From: Pseudomonadota bacterium
GTDB taxonomy: Bacteria > Pseudomonadota > Alphaproteobacteria > Rhodobacterales > Rhodobacteraceae
Direction: 5' to 3'
DNA: 56,015 nucleotides
Assembly: GCA_027592105.1 (NCBI GenBank)
Contig: JAQCLA010000001.1
Coordinates: forward strand, 1 to 56,015
Both the position numbers and the translations under genes were made by a program. This document shows, one piece after another, positions 55,856 through 56,015 of this stretch; the stretch's first letter is position 1, and each line of letters starts with the position of its first letter. The notes below the pieces were generated by a model, which was not told the origin of the DNA, made no database searches, and worked only from the letters and a program-made list of their open reading frames with translations.

Positions 55856-56015
55856 CTTTACGCTGGTTCTGCCTGACCGCATCGTCAAAGGCGGTTCGGT
55901 CCGCGTTGAGGACGGCTTGATCGCGGAAATCCGCGAAGAGATCGTGCCCGAGGGGATCAACGGGCGCGGCATGCAGCTGTTCCCCGGTTTCATCGACATG
56001 CACGGCGACATGATC
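55839..56015 (+). CDS. phnM: second PhnM (5' part only, runs off the window)
   Basis: Manually translated MMWLSDFTLVLPDRIVKGGSVRVEDGLIAEI...FPGFIDMHGDMI. Confidence 0.85.
   Translation, partial: MMWLSDFTLVLPDRIVKGGSVRVEDGLIAEIREEIVPEGINGRGMQLFPGFIDMHGDMI

Overview
High-GC alphaproteobacterial DNA; gene content and style suggest Rhodobacteraceae. The window is two accessory blocks separated by integration scars built from the 3' end of tRNA-fMet. Block 1 (about 177-41095) is a ~41 kb catabolic island bounded by two homologous att-like sites, with no integrase inside it. It is packed with paralogous ring-opening and acid-rearranging enzymes: HyuA/HyuB-type ATP-dependent lactamase, two cyclic amidohydrolases, a D-carbamoylase, five PuuE-like deacetylase-fold hydrolases, three isochorismatase-family proteins, three MmgE/PrpD proteins, three ICL/PrpB-family lyases, a LeuCD-like hydratase and two flavoprotein oxidoreductases. 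It also encodes a TRAP transporter, glutaryl-CoA dehydrogenase and a PrpR-like regulator with a candidate operator at three divergent promoters. It looks like an uncharacterised pathway for substituted cyclic imides or lactams. Block 2 (43.4 kb to the end) is a C-P lyase-like locus with candidate Pho boxes and PhnF operators (phnD-C-E-methyltransferase-phnM-MFS-TIM barrel, divergent from phnFGHIJKLM). Its PhnJ is full length but has lost three of the four cysteines needed for radical-SAM C-P cleavage, and its PhnD has an altered pocket. This suggests a repurposed, non-radical C-P lyase. All family calls are by motif recognition from memory; no searches were run.
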